Positions 39,488 through 51,485 of a stretch of 64,000 bases of DNA are shown in pieces. Source of the stretch: Hypanus sabinus (taxonomy: Eukaryota). Every line of letters begins with the position of its first letter. Position 1 is the first letter of the stretch. The DNA lies in assembly GCF_030144855.1 (NCBI RefSeq), contig NC_082726.1, forward strand, positions 57,288,001 through 57,352,000, given 5' to 3'. Made by a program: the position numbers and the translations under genes. A model generated the notes under the pieces. It searched no databases and was not told the origin of the DNA. It saw only the letters and a program-made list of their open reading frames with translations.

Positions 39488-39962
39488 GCAGGCACAAGCA
39501 AGGGCAGAAGGGGGTGGGTTGGTGGAGGATGGCAAGGGGCAAAGCAGGACCCTCCCTTTACATTTTCAAGAGATCTTAATCCATTTGTCTGAAGCAATAT
39601 AAACCCATCAGTGAAACAGGGAACAATTCACGACCAACACATTATAACGGATTGACTGTAATAACCCAGAATGTATTTTCAGAATCGAAGCAATTAGCAA
39701 TTTTAGTTGCATTGAAAATTTAACATCTGCATATATTAATATTAATATCCCTTGAGTGACAGGTGCTCTTTTCAGATTTCAAATACACATTTAGGGTCAT
39801 TACATCCCTAAGTAAGGTCGATTTTCAACATGAATGCTATTATATAGTAGTGGAGAAATGTGAATAACCACAGGGGTCTGCTAGATTAATATCACAGTTC
39901 TTTTGATTTTCTCCCCCCCTCAGAAGCATTTTCTTCCCATTCAGACACAGTCTGAGGCCTAC

Positions 39963-40064
39963 CTCAAAACCAGTGAAAGCAAATCCCTCCTGTCGAGGAA
40001 TAACGCTGCCTTTCCGAACAACGGTGACATATAATCGAATGCCAGATGGGATGCTTGGGTGTGG
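39963..40064 (-). CDS. CCDC33: CCDC33-like internal exon (PHPSIPSGIRLYVTVVRKGSVIPRQEGFAFTGFE)
   Basis: Acceptor ctcaactccag, donor GAG|gtaggc, 102 nt, phase 0-0. Resembles recalled human QLYATVVRKSSFIPRYIG...LE. Confidence 0.88.
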
Positions 40065-40304
40065 CTGGAGTTGAGCGGGGGGTGGGGGGGGAGGGAGGAA
40101 AAAACACAAACGCACACAATAAGGTCAACATTGCTCAGATGTCAATAAACGGGGGAATTGATCCCTGCACCAGCTCCAGTGGGAGCGACCCAGAGTGACA
40201 ATACAGGATGGATGAGTCTCAAAGGAAATTTAAACCATCATGTCTTCGTTGAAACTCAGACCACAACATACAGATTATCCATATGAATGCATTTAAGGGG
40301 AAAG

Positions 40305-40510
40305 GTAGAATTTGCATTTATAGCGTGACTGTCACAACCTCAGGACATTCCAAAGCCAGTGAATCCCGTTGCAATGTGGGATACTTGTTGGCCTATTTCC
40401 ACACAGCAAGCTCCCACACACAAGACCATGACAGACTCCAGATTATCTAATTCAGTCACATTGGGTAAGGGATTACTGCTGGTTAGGATACTGCGAGGCC
40501 ACCCCTGAAG
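40305..40510 (-). mobile_element. Ancient Deu-domain SINE (SacSINE/AmnSINE-like) remnant
   Basis: Contains cacagcaagctcccaca...ccagattatct...gggtaagggat...ggttaggatac, similar to the Deu domain as recalled. Weaker pieces lie at ~4400-4490 and ~19930-19970. Confidence 0.55.
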
Positions 40511-40689
40511 GTTATTTTCAATAGTGGCAGAGAGGAGCTTGGTTCAAATGACAAAAAGACTAGAGAGAAGGGACTCAACTATTCCTATGTTTTACGGGTT
40601 TTATGGGTTGGGAAAGGGCACTGAGATAGGCAAGAAGGGGCTCCTGTGGAGTATAGTTTTACTTATTTACAGGATCCCTTACTGGCAAG

Positions 40690-40885
40690 TCAAGAAGAAG
40701 AAGAAAGCCCTTAACCCATCGCGACAGCATTTTTTTTAGCAGGCTTTCTTGTTTTTACAATTTGCTAGCTCAATGCTCAACCCAGCATAGATGGAAAGCG
40801 TGCAAGGTCGCTGACTGGATTTGAACTCGGGAGCCTTCGGTCCAAAGTCCGGCACTGATGCCACTACGCCACCAGCCGGCCAACT
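40690..40885 (-). mobile_element. tRNA(Gln-like)-derived SINE
   Basis: Reverse strand reads gccggctggtggcgtagtggcatcagtgccggactttgg...ccgagttcaaatcc with a (TTC)n tail. Relatives lie at ~15170-15360(-), 17523-17730(+) and 59255-59455(-). Confidence 0.82.
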
Positions 40886-40989
40886 GGCAAGTCAGGTTGA
40901 ACTTATTGTCAGATGCACATGGGTGCAATGAAAAACTTACTTGCAACAGCATCACAGCCACACAGCGGTACAGTACCACAGGGTTTTAC

Positions 40990-41242
40990 AGTACAGATGA
41001 CCTGGGTTCAATTCCCGCTGCTGCCTGTAAGGAGTTTGTATGTTCTCCCTATGACCGTGTGGGTTTCCTCTAGGTGCTCCGGTTTCCTCCCACAGTCTAA
41101 AGATCTACCAGTTGGTAGGATAATAGGTCATTGTAAATTGTCCCATGATTAGGCTAGGGTTTAAATTGGTGGGCTGCTGGACAGTATGGCTCGAAGGGTT
41201 GGTAGGGCCTGGTCTGCGCTGTATCTCAATCAATCAATAAAT
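40990..41242 (+). mobile_element. V-domain (HE1-like) tRNA SINE
   Basis: B-box gggttcaattccc and V-domain gtgggtttcctctaggtgctccggtttcctcccaca. Many copies: ~365-670, 990-1255, 14940-15160, 15770-15940, 18340-18630, 21420-21620, 42120-42360, 45960-46240, 47080-47340, 51650-51790, 55520-55750, 58650-58875, 59800-59940, 60130-60290 and 60920-61075. Confidence 0.85.
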
Positions 41243-41679
41243 AGCACATCCACAAAAACAACATTAATTAAACAAAATATACCATTTTTAGAAGAAAGAA
41301 AATTAGAAAAAATAAGTCAATTTTAGTGCAAAGAGGTTATAGTTTTGCTAAACTGTTGTGACTAAGGTTATGCCAGTTGGTTCAAGAACGAAATGGTTGA
41401 AGAGAAGTAGCTGTTCTTGAGCCCGATGGCATGAGACTCCAGACTTCTGTACCTCCTGCCTGATGAGAAGATAGCATGGGCAGGATGATAAGGATCTTTG
41501 CTGAGGAATGTTACGTTCCGGAGGTAGTAAGCTGCCTACTTAAATCACAGCATCCATGGCAAATGGGCAGAGTTTCTTAGATTTCAACCCAGTGATGAGG
41601 ATGGAGCAGCTGTACACTTCCACATCAGGATGATGATGTGTGTCCAGCAGGGGATTTGATTTTTTTATTCAGAGATACA

Positions 41680-42100
41680 GTAAAGCTATTGCAGTTACTT
41701 GGAAATCAGGCTTGTATTTAACTATGGATCATTGGAATAATGAAATATACAGCTGCATTCCACTTGAAAAAATTACTTATAATTTAAGAAATGAATATGG
41801 TATATTTTTGAAAATTTGGCACCCCTATCTACAAAAGATAGGATTAAATATATAGGTCCTTTGAAGATAATATTATAAAGTAATTGGGGAAAATAAAAAT
41901 TAAAATTATTTTGAACTCCATGGAGCATGTGGGGATCCTCCGATATCCAGGCAATCTTCTTTTTTTCCTCTTTTCTTTCTTTCTTTTGTTTTCTTTTTTT
42001 ATATAAGGAAGGGTTTAAGGGGGGGAGGGTTAAGTTTTTTTACTATTCTAATATTCTATTCATTCTATGTAATTCTCTTAAAAATGTAATAAATAAATCA
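41680..42100 (+). mobile_element. L1/Tx1-type LINE 3' end
   Basis: Encodes KAIAVTWK..W....LEKITY......FLKIWHPY, a fish-type L1 ORF2 C-terminus, followed by a T-rich UTR and AATAAA. Confidence 0.75.
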
Positions 42101-42101
42101 A

Positions 42102-42141
42102 CAGATAGATAGATAGATAAATAAATAAATAAATAAATAAA
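42102..42141. repeat. (GATA)n/(TAAA)n microsatellite
   Basis: Reads cagatagatagatagataaataaataaataaataaataa at the L1/SINE junction. Confidence 0.9.
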
Positions 42142-43250
42142 TTGGAGATAGAGCACGGTAACAGTCCCTTCCAGTTCAACAAGCTTGTGCCACCCAATTG
42201 CACCCAAATCACCAGTTAACTTACGACCCACACATCTTTGGAATGTGGGAGGAAACACAAGTGGTCAGGGGAGAAAGTACAAACTCCTTACAGACAGGTG
42301 CAAAATGGAACCCAGGTCGCTGATGCGGTAAAACATTACGCTAACTAACATGCTACCGAGCCACTTTGCAGGTGGGGTGTGCTGGGAGCAACACTGTGTA
42401 ATTTTAAATCCGTACAAAGTCCCTCCAAACAGACTTATGGCACTCAGGCTGTGCACTGCAATTCAGAAGAATGGGGTGGGTCCTCACTAAAAATTACTGA
42501 CCGTAGAAAAGCCTCAACAGAGTGGACATGGAGAGGATGTTTCCTATGGTGGGGGAGTCTAGATCCAGAGGGCACAGCCTCAAAATAGAGGGACATCATT
42601 TCGAACGGAGATGAGGAGGAAATTCTTTTAGCCAGAGAGTGGTGAATCTGTGGAATTCATTGCCACAGGAAGCTATGGAGGCCAAGTCATTGGGTATTCT
42701 TGATAAGTCAGGGTATAAAAAGTGGTGGGGAGAGGGCAGGAGATTGGTGTTGAGACAGAAATAGATCAGCCATGATCAAATGATGCAGAAGTGATGGGCT
42801 GAAGGGCCTAATTCTGCTCCACTGTCTAATGGTCTAGTTGTGACAAACATGGTAGAAGGCTGGTGGAGAGATGTGAGCTGCACCACAGCCCTCACCTCCA
42901 CCTTGATTTAAGGGGAAGCCTTTGCAGCAGACAGGGTTAAAGATCAGGCTTATGGCTGAAGGGGCCCTTGGAGGGAGGATGATGTATATGAAGACAGAAT
43001 TAGTGGGAACATTTTAGAATGGAGGAGAGTCATGCTTTGCTTCTGGTACCGAGTCAGAAAACTTGACAGCCACATAGAGCAAGAGCCCAAAACTGGAAGA
43101 GCTCCTTGTAGCATGGGGTGCCAGTTACCACACAGCAAGATCCTGTAAGCATTGAGCCAAGAAACAAACAGGTCATCTTCTGCCTGAGGGCTCACTGTGA
43201 GTCAGGACTCCACAACCCGACCACCCCCCTTCCGAGTCTTTTTCACTCAC

Positions 43251-43360
43251 CTGTACGAGCTCGAGGTGGTAATGATGAAACATCTGCAGATGGAGCACAG
43301 GAAGGCAGTAGCTGGCTAGTAGCTCCTTGCTTCTGCTGTCTGCAATGCTCACAATCACCA
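43251..43360 (-). CDS. CCDC33: CCDC33-like internal exon (VIVSIADSRSKELLASYCLPVLHLQMFHHYHLELVQ)
   Basis: Acceptor ccacctccccacag, donor CAG|gtgagt, 110 nt (2 nt + 36 codons). Resembles recalled human CCDC33 [36 protein letters not shown]. Confidence 0.88.
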
Positions 43361-44079
43361 CTGTGGGGAGGTGGGAGAAGGGCAAAAAGACTTTGTCACA
43401 ATCTAAACACCATGATCATCATCATTATATGCCATGTTGTATAATGTGGGCGAATGACTGTGATTGTTCTTGGCAAATTTTTCTACAGAAGTGGTTTGCC
43501 ATTGCCTTCTTCCGGACAGTGTCTTTACAAGATGGGTGACCCCAGCCATTATCAATACTCTTCAGAGGTTGCCTGCCTGGCGTCAGTGGTTGCAAACAGG
43601 TCATGTGGTAAGCTGTTCATACGACCATTCACTACCTGCTCTCACAGCTTCACGTGACCCTGATTAGAGGGGGGAGGGAGGCTAAGCAGGTACTACACCT
43701 TGCCCAAGAGCGACCTGCAGGCTAGTGAAGGGAAGGACCCCTTTGTGAGGGACGTTATCTCCAACCTGCCTCCCAATCTACACACCAGGGCATTCAAATC
43801 CAGAGGTTTTATGCATTGCATCCACACTGTGTAGATTTTGAGCACAAAATGCTAGGAATGACTTATGAACAAGGCAAAAATATAACATTGTCATTAATGT
43901 GCTACAACACAGAAGATTGTTCATCCCATCAAATGCATACTGGCCCTTTGTAGAGAAATCCAGGTAGACATTATTGGGAAAGTATTTAACTTCAAGTGTT
44001 TATCTAAAGTATACATCATAGAACATTACAGCATAATACAGGCTATTTAGCCCACAATATTTTGCCAACGTTTTAACAG

Positions 44080-44732
44080 GTCAATGTACGCAGCACCAGC
44101 AGATTCACCTACCTGGGCAACACCATTCATCAGGGTGGTGGGACCAAGCACAACATCCAATGCAGACTCCACAAAGCTAGAAATGCCTTCAGATCAAGTA
44201 CAGCGTCCACACTAAGGTGAAGATGCACCAGACCAGTGTTCTGTCCACACTCTTGTATGGGTCAGAATGCTGGCCCATGACAGAGAGCGACCTTACCAAG
44301 CTGTTGTCATTCCACACTAGAAGTCTCAGGAAGATCCCCTGTATTTTTTGGCCAAGGAAGATCTCCACTCACACCCTATTGCTTCAATGTCACCAAGAGG
44401 ACATGGCCACAAACATCATGAGGAAACACTGGAGATAATTGGATCACAAGACAAAGGAGCAGAAGTAGGCCATTCGGCCCATCGAGTCTGCTCCGCCACT
44501 CCACCGTGAGCTAAACTATTCTCCCATCTAGTTCCAATTCCCGGCTTTTTCCCTCTATCCCTTGATACCCTGAAGGGTGGAGAAAATGCCAGAGACCAAA
44601 GACAACTTGGTGCTGTACCACAGAGGAAGAAATTATGACCCTGAATCGCACCTGAGGCACAATAGAGAAGATGGAGGAGGACCTTCATTGCTACTCTAAG
44701 TACCAGCAGCATAATGGGCAGTAAGTAAGTAA
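44080..44732 (+). mobile_element. RTE-clade LINE 3' fragment (interrupted by a CR1 3' end at ~44440-44570)
   Basis: Encodes RFTYLG and SVLSTLLYGSECW...FHTRSLRKI..IFWPRKIS, with a (GTAA)n tail. Confidence 0.85.
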
Positions 44733-44894
44733 AATCAATCAAACCCCTCCCACATAGCTCTCCATTTTTATAGAACGTAGAACAGATTGTTGTTCTTTAT
44801 GTCAGATTTCTGTTCAGATATCTGATTCCTTTTTGAAAACCACAATTAAGTCTGCAGCCATCACACCCCAAAGCAGATTATTCCAAATTAATAG

Positions 44895-45880
44895 GCTCAG
44901 TGCTGGGACCCCAGTGTTTACAATATATATCAATGATTTAGACGAGGGAATTAAATGCAGCATATCCAAGTCTGCGGATGACACGAAGCTGGGCGGCGGT
45001 GTTAGCCATGAGGAGGATGCTAAGAGGATGCAGGGTGACTTGGATAGGTTAGGTGAGTGGGCAAATTCATGGCAGATGCAATTTAATGTGGATAAATGTG
45101 AGGTTTTCACTTTGGTTGCAAGAACAGGAAAACAGATTATTATCTGAACGGTGGCCAATTAGGAAAAGGGGTGGTGCAACGAGACCTGGGTGTCATTGTA
45201 CACCAGTCATTGAAGGTGGGCATGCAGGTACAGCAGGCAGTGAAAAAGGCAAGTGGTATGTTGGCATTCATAGCAAAAGGATTTGAGTACAGGAGCAGGG
45301 AGGTTCTACTGCAGTTGTACAAGGCCTTGGTGAGACCGCACCTAGAGTATCGTGTGCAGTTCTGGTCCCCTAGTCTGAGGAAAGACATTCTTGCCATAGA
45401 GGGAGTACAAAGAAGGTTCACCAGATTGATTTCTGGGATGGCAGGACTTACATATGAAGAAAGACTGGATCGACTAGGCTTATACTCACTGGAATTTAGA
45501 AGATTGAGGGGGAATCTTATTGAAACATATAAAATTCTAAAGGGATTGGACAGACTAGATGCAGGACGATTGTTTCCGATGTTGGGGAAGTCCAGAACGA
45601 GGGGTCACAGTTTAAGGATAAAGGGGAAGCCTTTTAAGCCTGAGATGAGGAAAAATTTCTTCACACAGAGAGTGGTGAATCTGTGGAATTCTCTGCCACA
45701 GAAAACAGTTGAGGCCGGTTTGTTGGCTATATTTAAGAGGAAGTTAGATATGGCCCTTGTGGTTAAAGGGATCGGGGGTATGGAGAGAAAGCAGGTACAG
45801 GGTTCTGAGTTGGATGATCAGCCATGATCATACTGAACGGCGGTGCAGGGCCTACTCCTGCACCTATTTTCTATGTTTCT
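44895..45880 (+). mobile_element. CR1 LINE 3' part (RT to 3'UTR), relatively young
   Basis: Encodes FTIYINDLDEG..SADDTKLGG. The 218-aa ORF has LYKALVRPHLEY..QFWSP...RVVNLWNSLP. Tail is tttctatgtttctat. Confidence 0.95.
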
Positions 45881-46269
45881 ATCACTCAGTTGACCTTCAT
45901 CAGTCAGACCAGAATACAGGAGCTGGGATGTCATGTTGCATTTGTACAAGATTTAAAGAACGATGAGTCTTATTTGTCACGTGTACTTTGGAACATCAAA
46001 ATATACAGTAAAATGCGCCATTTTGCATCAACGAGCAACGCAGTCCGAGGGTGAGCTGGGAGTGGCTCACAAGTTGCTAACCCTAACTCTTTGGAATGTG
46101 GGAGGAAACAGGAGTGCATGAAGGAAATGCACACTGTTACAGGGAGTACACACAACTACTTGCAGACAGCTGCAGGAACTGAACCTCAATCAAGTGATCG
46201 TTGGTGCTGTTAAACAATGCCTTGCTGCTACACTACCATGCCCAATACATCCGCACCCCTGCCAAATAA

Positions 46270-46880
46270 GTTGCTGGTGAGATGCAATTTGAAATATTGC
46301 ATGGTCACCCTTCTATAGGAAAGATGGGATTAAGCTGGAAAGAGTGCAGAGGAGATTTAGGAAGTTGTTGCCAAGACTCAAGAGATTGAGTTATGGAAGG
46401 AGGTTGAACAGGTTGCTATGGTTTTCTTTGGAACATAGGAGAATAAGGAGTAATCTTAAAAAAGAGAAACAATCACGAGGGGCATAGATAGTCTCAATAT
46501 GCACAGACTTTCCCCCAGGGATGGAGAATCAAGGACCAGAGGGCATAGGTTTTTGAGAGGGAAAAGACCTGAGGGGCAACTTTTTCACCCAAAGGGTGGT
46601 GAGTATATGGAATGAGCTGCCAAAGGAACTGGTTGAGGCAGGAACACTAACAATATTTAAACACACACAATACAGGTACATGGATAGAGAAGGGTTAGAG
46701 CAGGGGTTCCCAACCTGGGTTTCATGGACCCCTAGGTTAATGGTAGGGGTCCATCACATAAAACATTTTGGGAACCCTTGGGTTTGAGGGAAATGGGCCA
46801 AACATAGGTAAGTGTAGGATTAGTACTGGCATACATCAGTTTGGTCAAAAAGCTCCTATCTATGATGTATGACTCTGTGA
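46270..46880 (+). mobile_element. CR1 LINE 3' fragment
   Basis: Contains ggaaagagtgcagaggagattt and the FFTQRVVSIWNELP motif. Confidence 0.85.
46701..46780. mobile_element. hAT-Charlie-like MITE (~80 bp) inside CR1
   Basis: Reads ggttagag|CAGGGGTTCCCAAC...TTGGGAACCCTTG|ggtttgag, an 8-bp TSD with 1 mismatch. Confidence 0.75.
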
Positions 46881-47439
46881 ACATCAAAATCCTTCAAGGT
46901 TTTAACAAACCTTCTCTAAAGCTTCTTTGCTCCGTTTGAAAGCTTAATCTAGCTGAAATCCCTAATTTGTGAATTTATTGTAGTAAATCTCCTCTACACC
47001 ATCAATATGCTCTTCACAACCTTCTTAGACAGTGTCAGTACCATGACTGCAAAGAACATTTTGCTAATTATTCATTTATGTATTGAGATACAGTGTGGAG
47101 TGGGCCATTCTGGCCCTTCAAGCCACACCACCCAGCAACCTCTGATTTAACCCTAGCTTAATCACAGGACAATTTACAATGACCAATTAACCTACAAACC
47201 AGTACGCCTTTGGACTGTGGGAGGAAACCAGAGCACCCAGAAGAAACCATCACGCACAAAATCCTTATAGAAAACTGTGGGAATTGAACCCAGTTTGCTG
47301 ATATTGTAAAGCGTTGTGCCAACCACATAACTGTGCCATCCCATGGTTGGTATCATGATTGGCAGTTATGCTAAATATTTCAAACTTCACATAAACACTG
47401 TTAAAGTATCAGTCAGGTGAAATTCCACCATCAATCATC

Positions 47440-47990
47440 TACACTTTATTGGGTATACCTGTATACCGTAAGAAGACCATAAGACAGAGCAAAATTTGGC
47501 CACTCAGCCAATCAAGTCTGCTGCACTATTCCATCGTGGCTGATTTATTATCCCTCTCAACCCCATTCTCCTATCTTCTCCCCATAAGCATTGATGATCT
47601 GACCAATCATAGAATAATTGTTGGTGCCAGATGGGGTGGTTTGAGAATCTCAGAAGCTGCTGATCTCCTAGGAATTCCATATACAATAATCTTTAGAGTT
47701 TACAGAGAAGGGTGCAAAAAAACAAACAACATCTAGTGAACAGCAGTTCTGCTGTGAAAAAGCCTTGTTAATGAGGGAGGTCAGAGAACGGCCAGATTGG
47801 TTCAAGCTGACGGGAAGGCCACAGTAACTCTTATAACCATCTGTTACAACAGTGGTGTGCAGAAGGTCATCTCTGAATGCACAACGCGTCAAAGCTTGCA
47901 GCGGATGAGCTACAGCAGCAAAAGACCACCAACATACACTCAGTGGCCACTTTATTAGGTACAGGAAGTATCGAATAAAGTGGCCACTCT
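47440..47990 (+). mobile_element. Tc1-like element remnant with transposase HTH fragment
   Basis: Encodes IIVGARWGGLRISEAADLLGIPYTIIFRVYRE, a Tc1 N-terminal paired-like HTH. Ends in a cagtggccactttatt...aataaagtggccact mini-hairpin. A CR1 3' piece is inserted at ~47470-47610. Confidence 0.78.
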
Positions 47991-48109
47991 GTGCATTCCA
48001 CCTCAGCTCAAACTCCAGTTACAATTCTACCAGATTTATATTCATAATTCTTCACTCTATTCTAACAAATGATGCACCAGCATCAATAAAATTCCTGGCA
48101 TTCCAAACA

Positions 48110-50577
48110 TAGTGGATTCCAGTTAGTTGGGCCATTAGTTATTCAGGGTAGCCACTTATCTGAAACAACTATTAAAGAACAAAAAATAATCAAGAAAATA
48201 GTTGGACTTCCCTTCAGTTTTTTGGGATACTATGCCTTTAATTGGGATAGAAGACTTTCTGATTACTATATTAATGTCTCTGCCATCTCTTCAGCTACCT
48301 CTTTCAGAACTCTGGGCTGTAGTCCATCTGATCGAGACGACTTAGCTACCTTCAGACTTCTCAGCTTTCCAAGAACCTTCTCCCTAGTGATAGCAACAAC
48401 GATCACTTCTGCAGCCTGACACTCTCGCATTTCTAGCACTCTGCTCGTGTCCTTCACAGTGAAAACTGACGCAAAATACTTAACTTCCTCTGTCCCCCAT
48501 TATTACCACTTTGCAGTGGTCTGACATCCACTCTTCTCTCTCTTTTACTCCTTACATAGCTGAAAAAACTTTTCGTATTAAATCTGGGTCATTCAATACC
48601 ACCAAATCCAGAATTGCCATTCCCCTAGTGGTCTCAACCACAATCTGCTTTAAAAAGCAATTTTGTACGCACTTACAAATTCACTCTCTTGAGATCCAGC
48701 ACCAACCTGATTTTCCCAATCTATCTGCACATATAAATCCCCCATGATTATCACAATATTGCCATTTTTACATGCCTTTTCTATCTCCTATTGTAATTTG
48801 TAGCTACAACCTGGCTACTATTCAGAGGCCTGTATATAACTCCCATCAGGATCTTTTTACCCTTGCAGTTTCTTAACGCTACTCACAAGGATTCTACATC
48901 TGAAACTATATCACCTCTAAGGATATGATTTCATTTTTTACCAATTGAGGTACCCCAACTCCTCTGCCTACCTGCCTCTCCTTTTGATACAAAGTATATC
49001 TTTGGATGTTAAGCTCCAAACTATGATCTTCTTTCTGCCACGATTCAGTGATGCCCACAACCACAACGTCACACCTACCAATCTCTCACTGTGCTACAAA
49101 ATCATCTCCCTTATTCCGTATACTGCGTGCATTCAAATATAGCACCTTCAGCCCTGTATTCATCTGCTTTTTTTGACCTTAGCCCACTGTTACACTTGAA
49201 CTCATCTCGACTGCAATTTTGCCATATCATCTGCCGGTCCTTCCTCACAATCTCACTACACACTGCATCTGCTTTTATACCAACTGCCCTATCACTGGTC
49301 TCACTGGCACGTGGCACAGGCAGCAATCCAGAGATTACTGTACTACCCTGGAGCTCCTGCTTTTCAGCATTCTGCCTAACTCCCTAGATTCTCTCTTCAT
49401 GACCTCCACCCTTTTCCTACCTATGTCATTGGTAGCAATATGTACCACGGCTTCCGGGTGTTCACCCACCCCCTTTAGAATGCTGTGGAGCCGATCCAAG
49501 GCCTCTCTAAACCTGGCACCTGGGAGGCAGTATACCATCTGGGTGTCTCTTTCACATCGACAGAACCTGCTTCCTGTTCCTTTAATTATGGAATCCCCTA
49601 TCACTACCGCACTCCTCGTCTCGCCCCTTCCCTTCTGAGCTGCAAAGCCAGACTCAGTGCCAGGGGCCTGCTTGCTGCAGCTTCCGCCTGGTTTGCACCC
49701 CCTCCCCATTGTATCCAGAGTGGCATACTTACTATTGAGGGGAACAGCCACAGGGGTACTTTGCACTGACTGCCTATTCCCTTTCCCTCTAACAGTTACC
49801 CAGGGATCTGCCTCCAGCAACTTGGGGTGACTGCCTCCCTTTATTTCCTATCTATCACCTCCTCATTCTCCAGTATGAGCCGAAGGTTATTGAGCTGCAA
49901 CTCCAGTTCCTTAACACAGTCTCTAAGGAGGTGCAGCTCAATGCACTTTGTGCAGATGTAGTTATCAGGGAGACCAGAGGTCTCCCAAATTTCCCACATC
50001 GCAAACAAGGGACATACCACTACCTCTGGATCCATTCTCCGTGCACTAGTTATTTATTAACAGTAAAAAAAAACTTAGCAAAAACTTTCTTTCTTACTTA
50101 GTAAGAACCTCCGCCTGTGCTTGCCCAAGCCGGTTCTCATCTCAGCCTATTGAGACAAAGCCAGACTACTCTAACAAAAACTAATTAAGAAAATAGCCAG
50201 CATTCTGCCAGGCACCAATTCAAAAAGCAGTGATTTTTGATAATATTGTTTATTATTTTGTCTTTATGCAGGAAGGTCCATTATCTGCACTAGGTGTCTG
50301 CACTGATTTTGTTTATTTACGATCAATCAAAAATACATGGCTGCAATGACTTCTTCGGGTGATAACTACTGCGAACTAATATACAGTTTTATAATACTGT
50401 AGTAGTGTTCTAATCTATTCTGTATTTCATTTAACTGTTAATTTGTTACTCAGTTGAATGTTGTTTGCCTTTGTTATGCTTTTTAACTTTCCATAAAACC
50501 TTGGATAATTGGGGCAGAGGCTTAATTGGGCCAAAATGTACTGGACCTGATGTGTCCCAATTATCCAGAATCCACTG
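48110..50577. mobile_element. Pogo/Tigger-like MITE split by a CR1 insertion
   Basis: Ends (t)AGTGGATTCCAGTTAGTTGGG and CCCAATTATCCAGAATCCACTG are inverted counterparts. CR1 occupies ~48270-50160. Confidence 0.6.
48270..50160 (-). mobile_element. CR1 LINE 5' portion: ORF1 zinc-finger/leucine-zipper plus SGNH esterase, and ORF2 endonuclease remnants
   Basis: Encodes YICTKCIELHLLRDCVKELELQL and AVVIGDSIIKG...YCLPGAR...VVHIATNDIGRK. Confidence 0.9.
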
Positions 50578-50924
50578 CATTTCACCATCTATCCGAGGAG
50601 TAATAGACCAGTATTTGGAGTTAAGAGTCTATTGTCCTAGTGTCTTTGAACAGCTTGTGACCAAACTGTGAGGCAGCTTACACTCAGCCTCTGTACAGAA
50701 ATTGTACCACTAGCCACATGTATTAAATTAAGAGGTGCTTAAAATGAATGGGTTATTTTTGTTCAGGTCAGAGCCAGATTGTCTAATTGAGCCCCAAAAT
50801 GGTTTGAATGTGTGCATTAGATCTGGGTCTGGTCAGCTTTGAAGAGCTGGTCAGCAGCTAAATGAGAGCATGTGCTGGATGGCCAAGGTCCCTGATGACG
50901 GATGCTGCTTTTTACATGAGACAT

Positions 50925-51485
50925 TGACACAGGAAAGCAGCATCCATCATCAGGGATCCCCACCACCCAGGACTTTCAGTTCCTCCAGCATTTTGTGTTT
51001 GTCATTCACACTTCCAGCATCTGCAGATTTTTCGTTGTTTGTGATTGGACCACCCAGGCCATGCTCTCTTCTTGCTGTTGCCATCAGGAAGAAGGTACAG
51101 GAGCCTCACACCCACACCACCAGGTTCAGGAACAATTATTACCTCTCAGTCATCAGGTTCTTGAACCAAAGGGGATAACTTCACTTGCCCTATCATTGAA
51201 ATGTTCCCAAAACCAATGGACTCACGTTCAAGAACTCTTCATTTCATGTTCTCAATATTTATTGTTTATTTATTATTATTATTATTTCTTCTTTTTGTAT
51301 CTGGACAATTCGTTGCCTTTTGCATACTGGTTGAACACCCAAGTTGGTAGTATCTTTGACTAATTCTATTATGGTTATTATTTTATTCTGGATTTGCTGA
51401 GTGTGGCCACAAGAAAACGACTCTCCGGGTGTATAAGGTGATGTATGTGTACTTTGACAATAAATAAACTTTGTACTTGAACTTT
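50925..51485 (+). mobile_element. Rex1/Babar-like LINE 3' end (interrupted by a Penelope-type fragment)
   Basis: Encodes HTTRFRNNYYLSVIRFLN with a (CTTTGA)-like tail. Related pieces lie at ~37005-37430(-), 55760-56215(+), 58995-59750(+) and 16960-17225(+). Confidence 0.75.

Noticed and set aside
40820-40885. tRNA-like sequences with A and B boxes
   Set aside because: These are SINE heads fused to body and tail sequences, with no complete cloverleaf or acceptor stem.
45171-45827. Longest ORF in the window (218 aa)
   Set aside because: It is the CR1 ORF2 C-terminus from a 5'-truncated, frameshifted copy, not a host gene.
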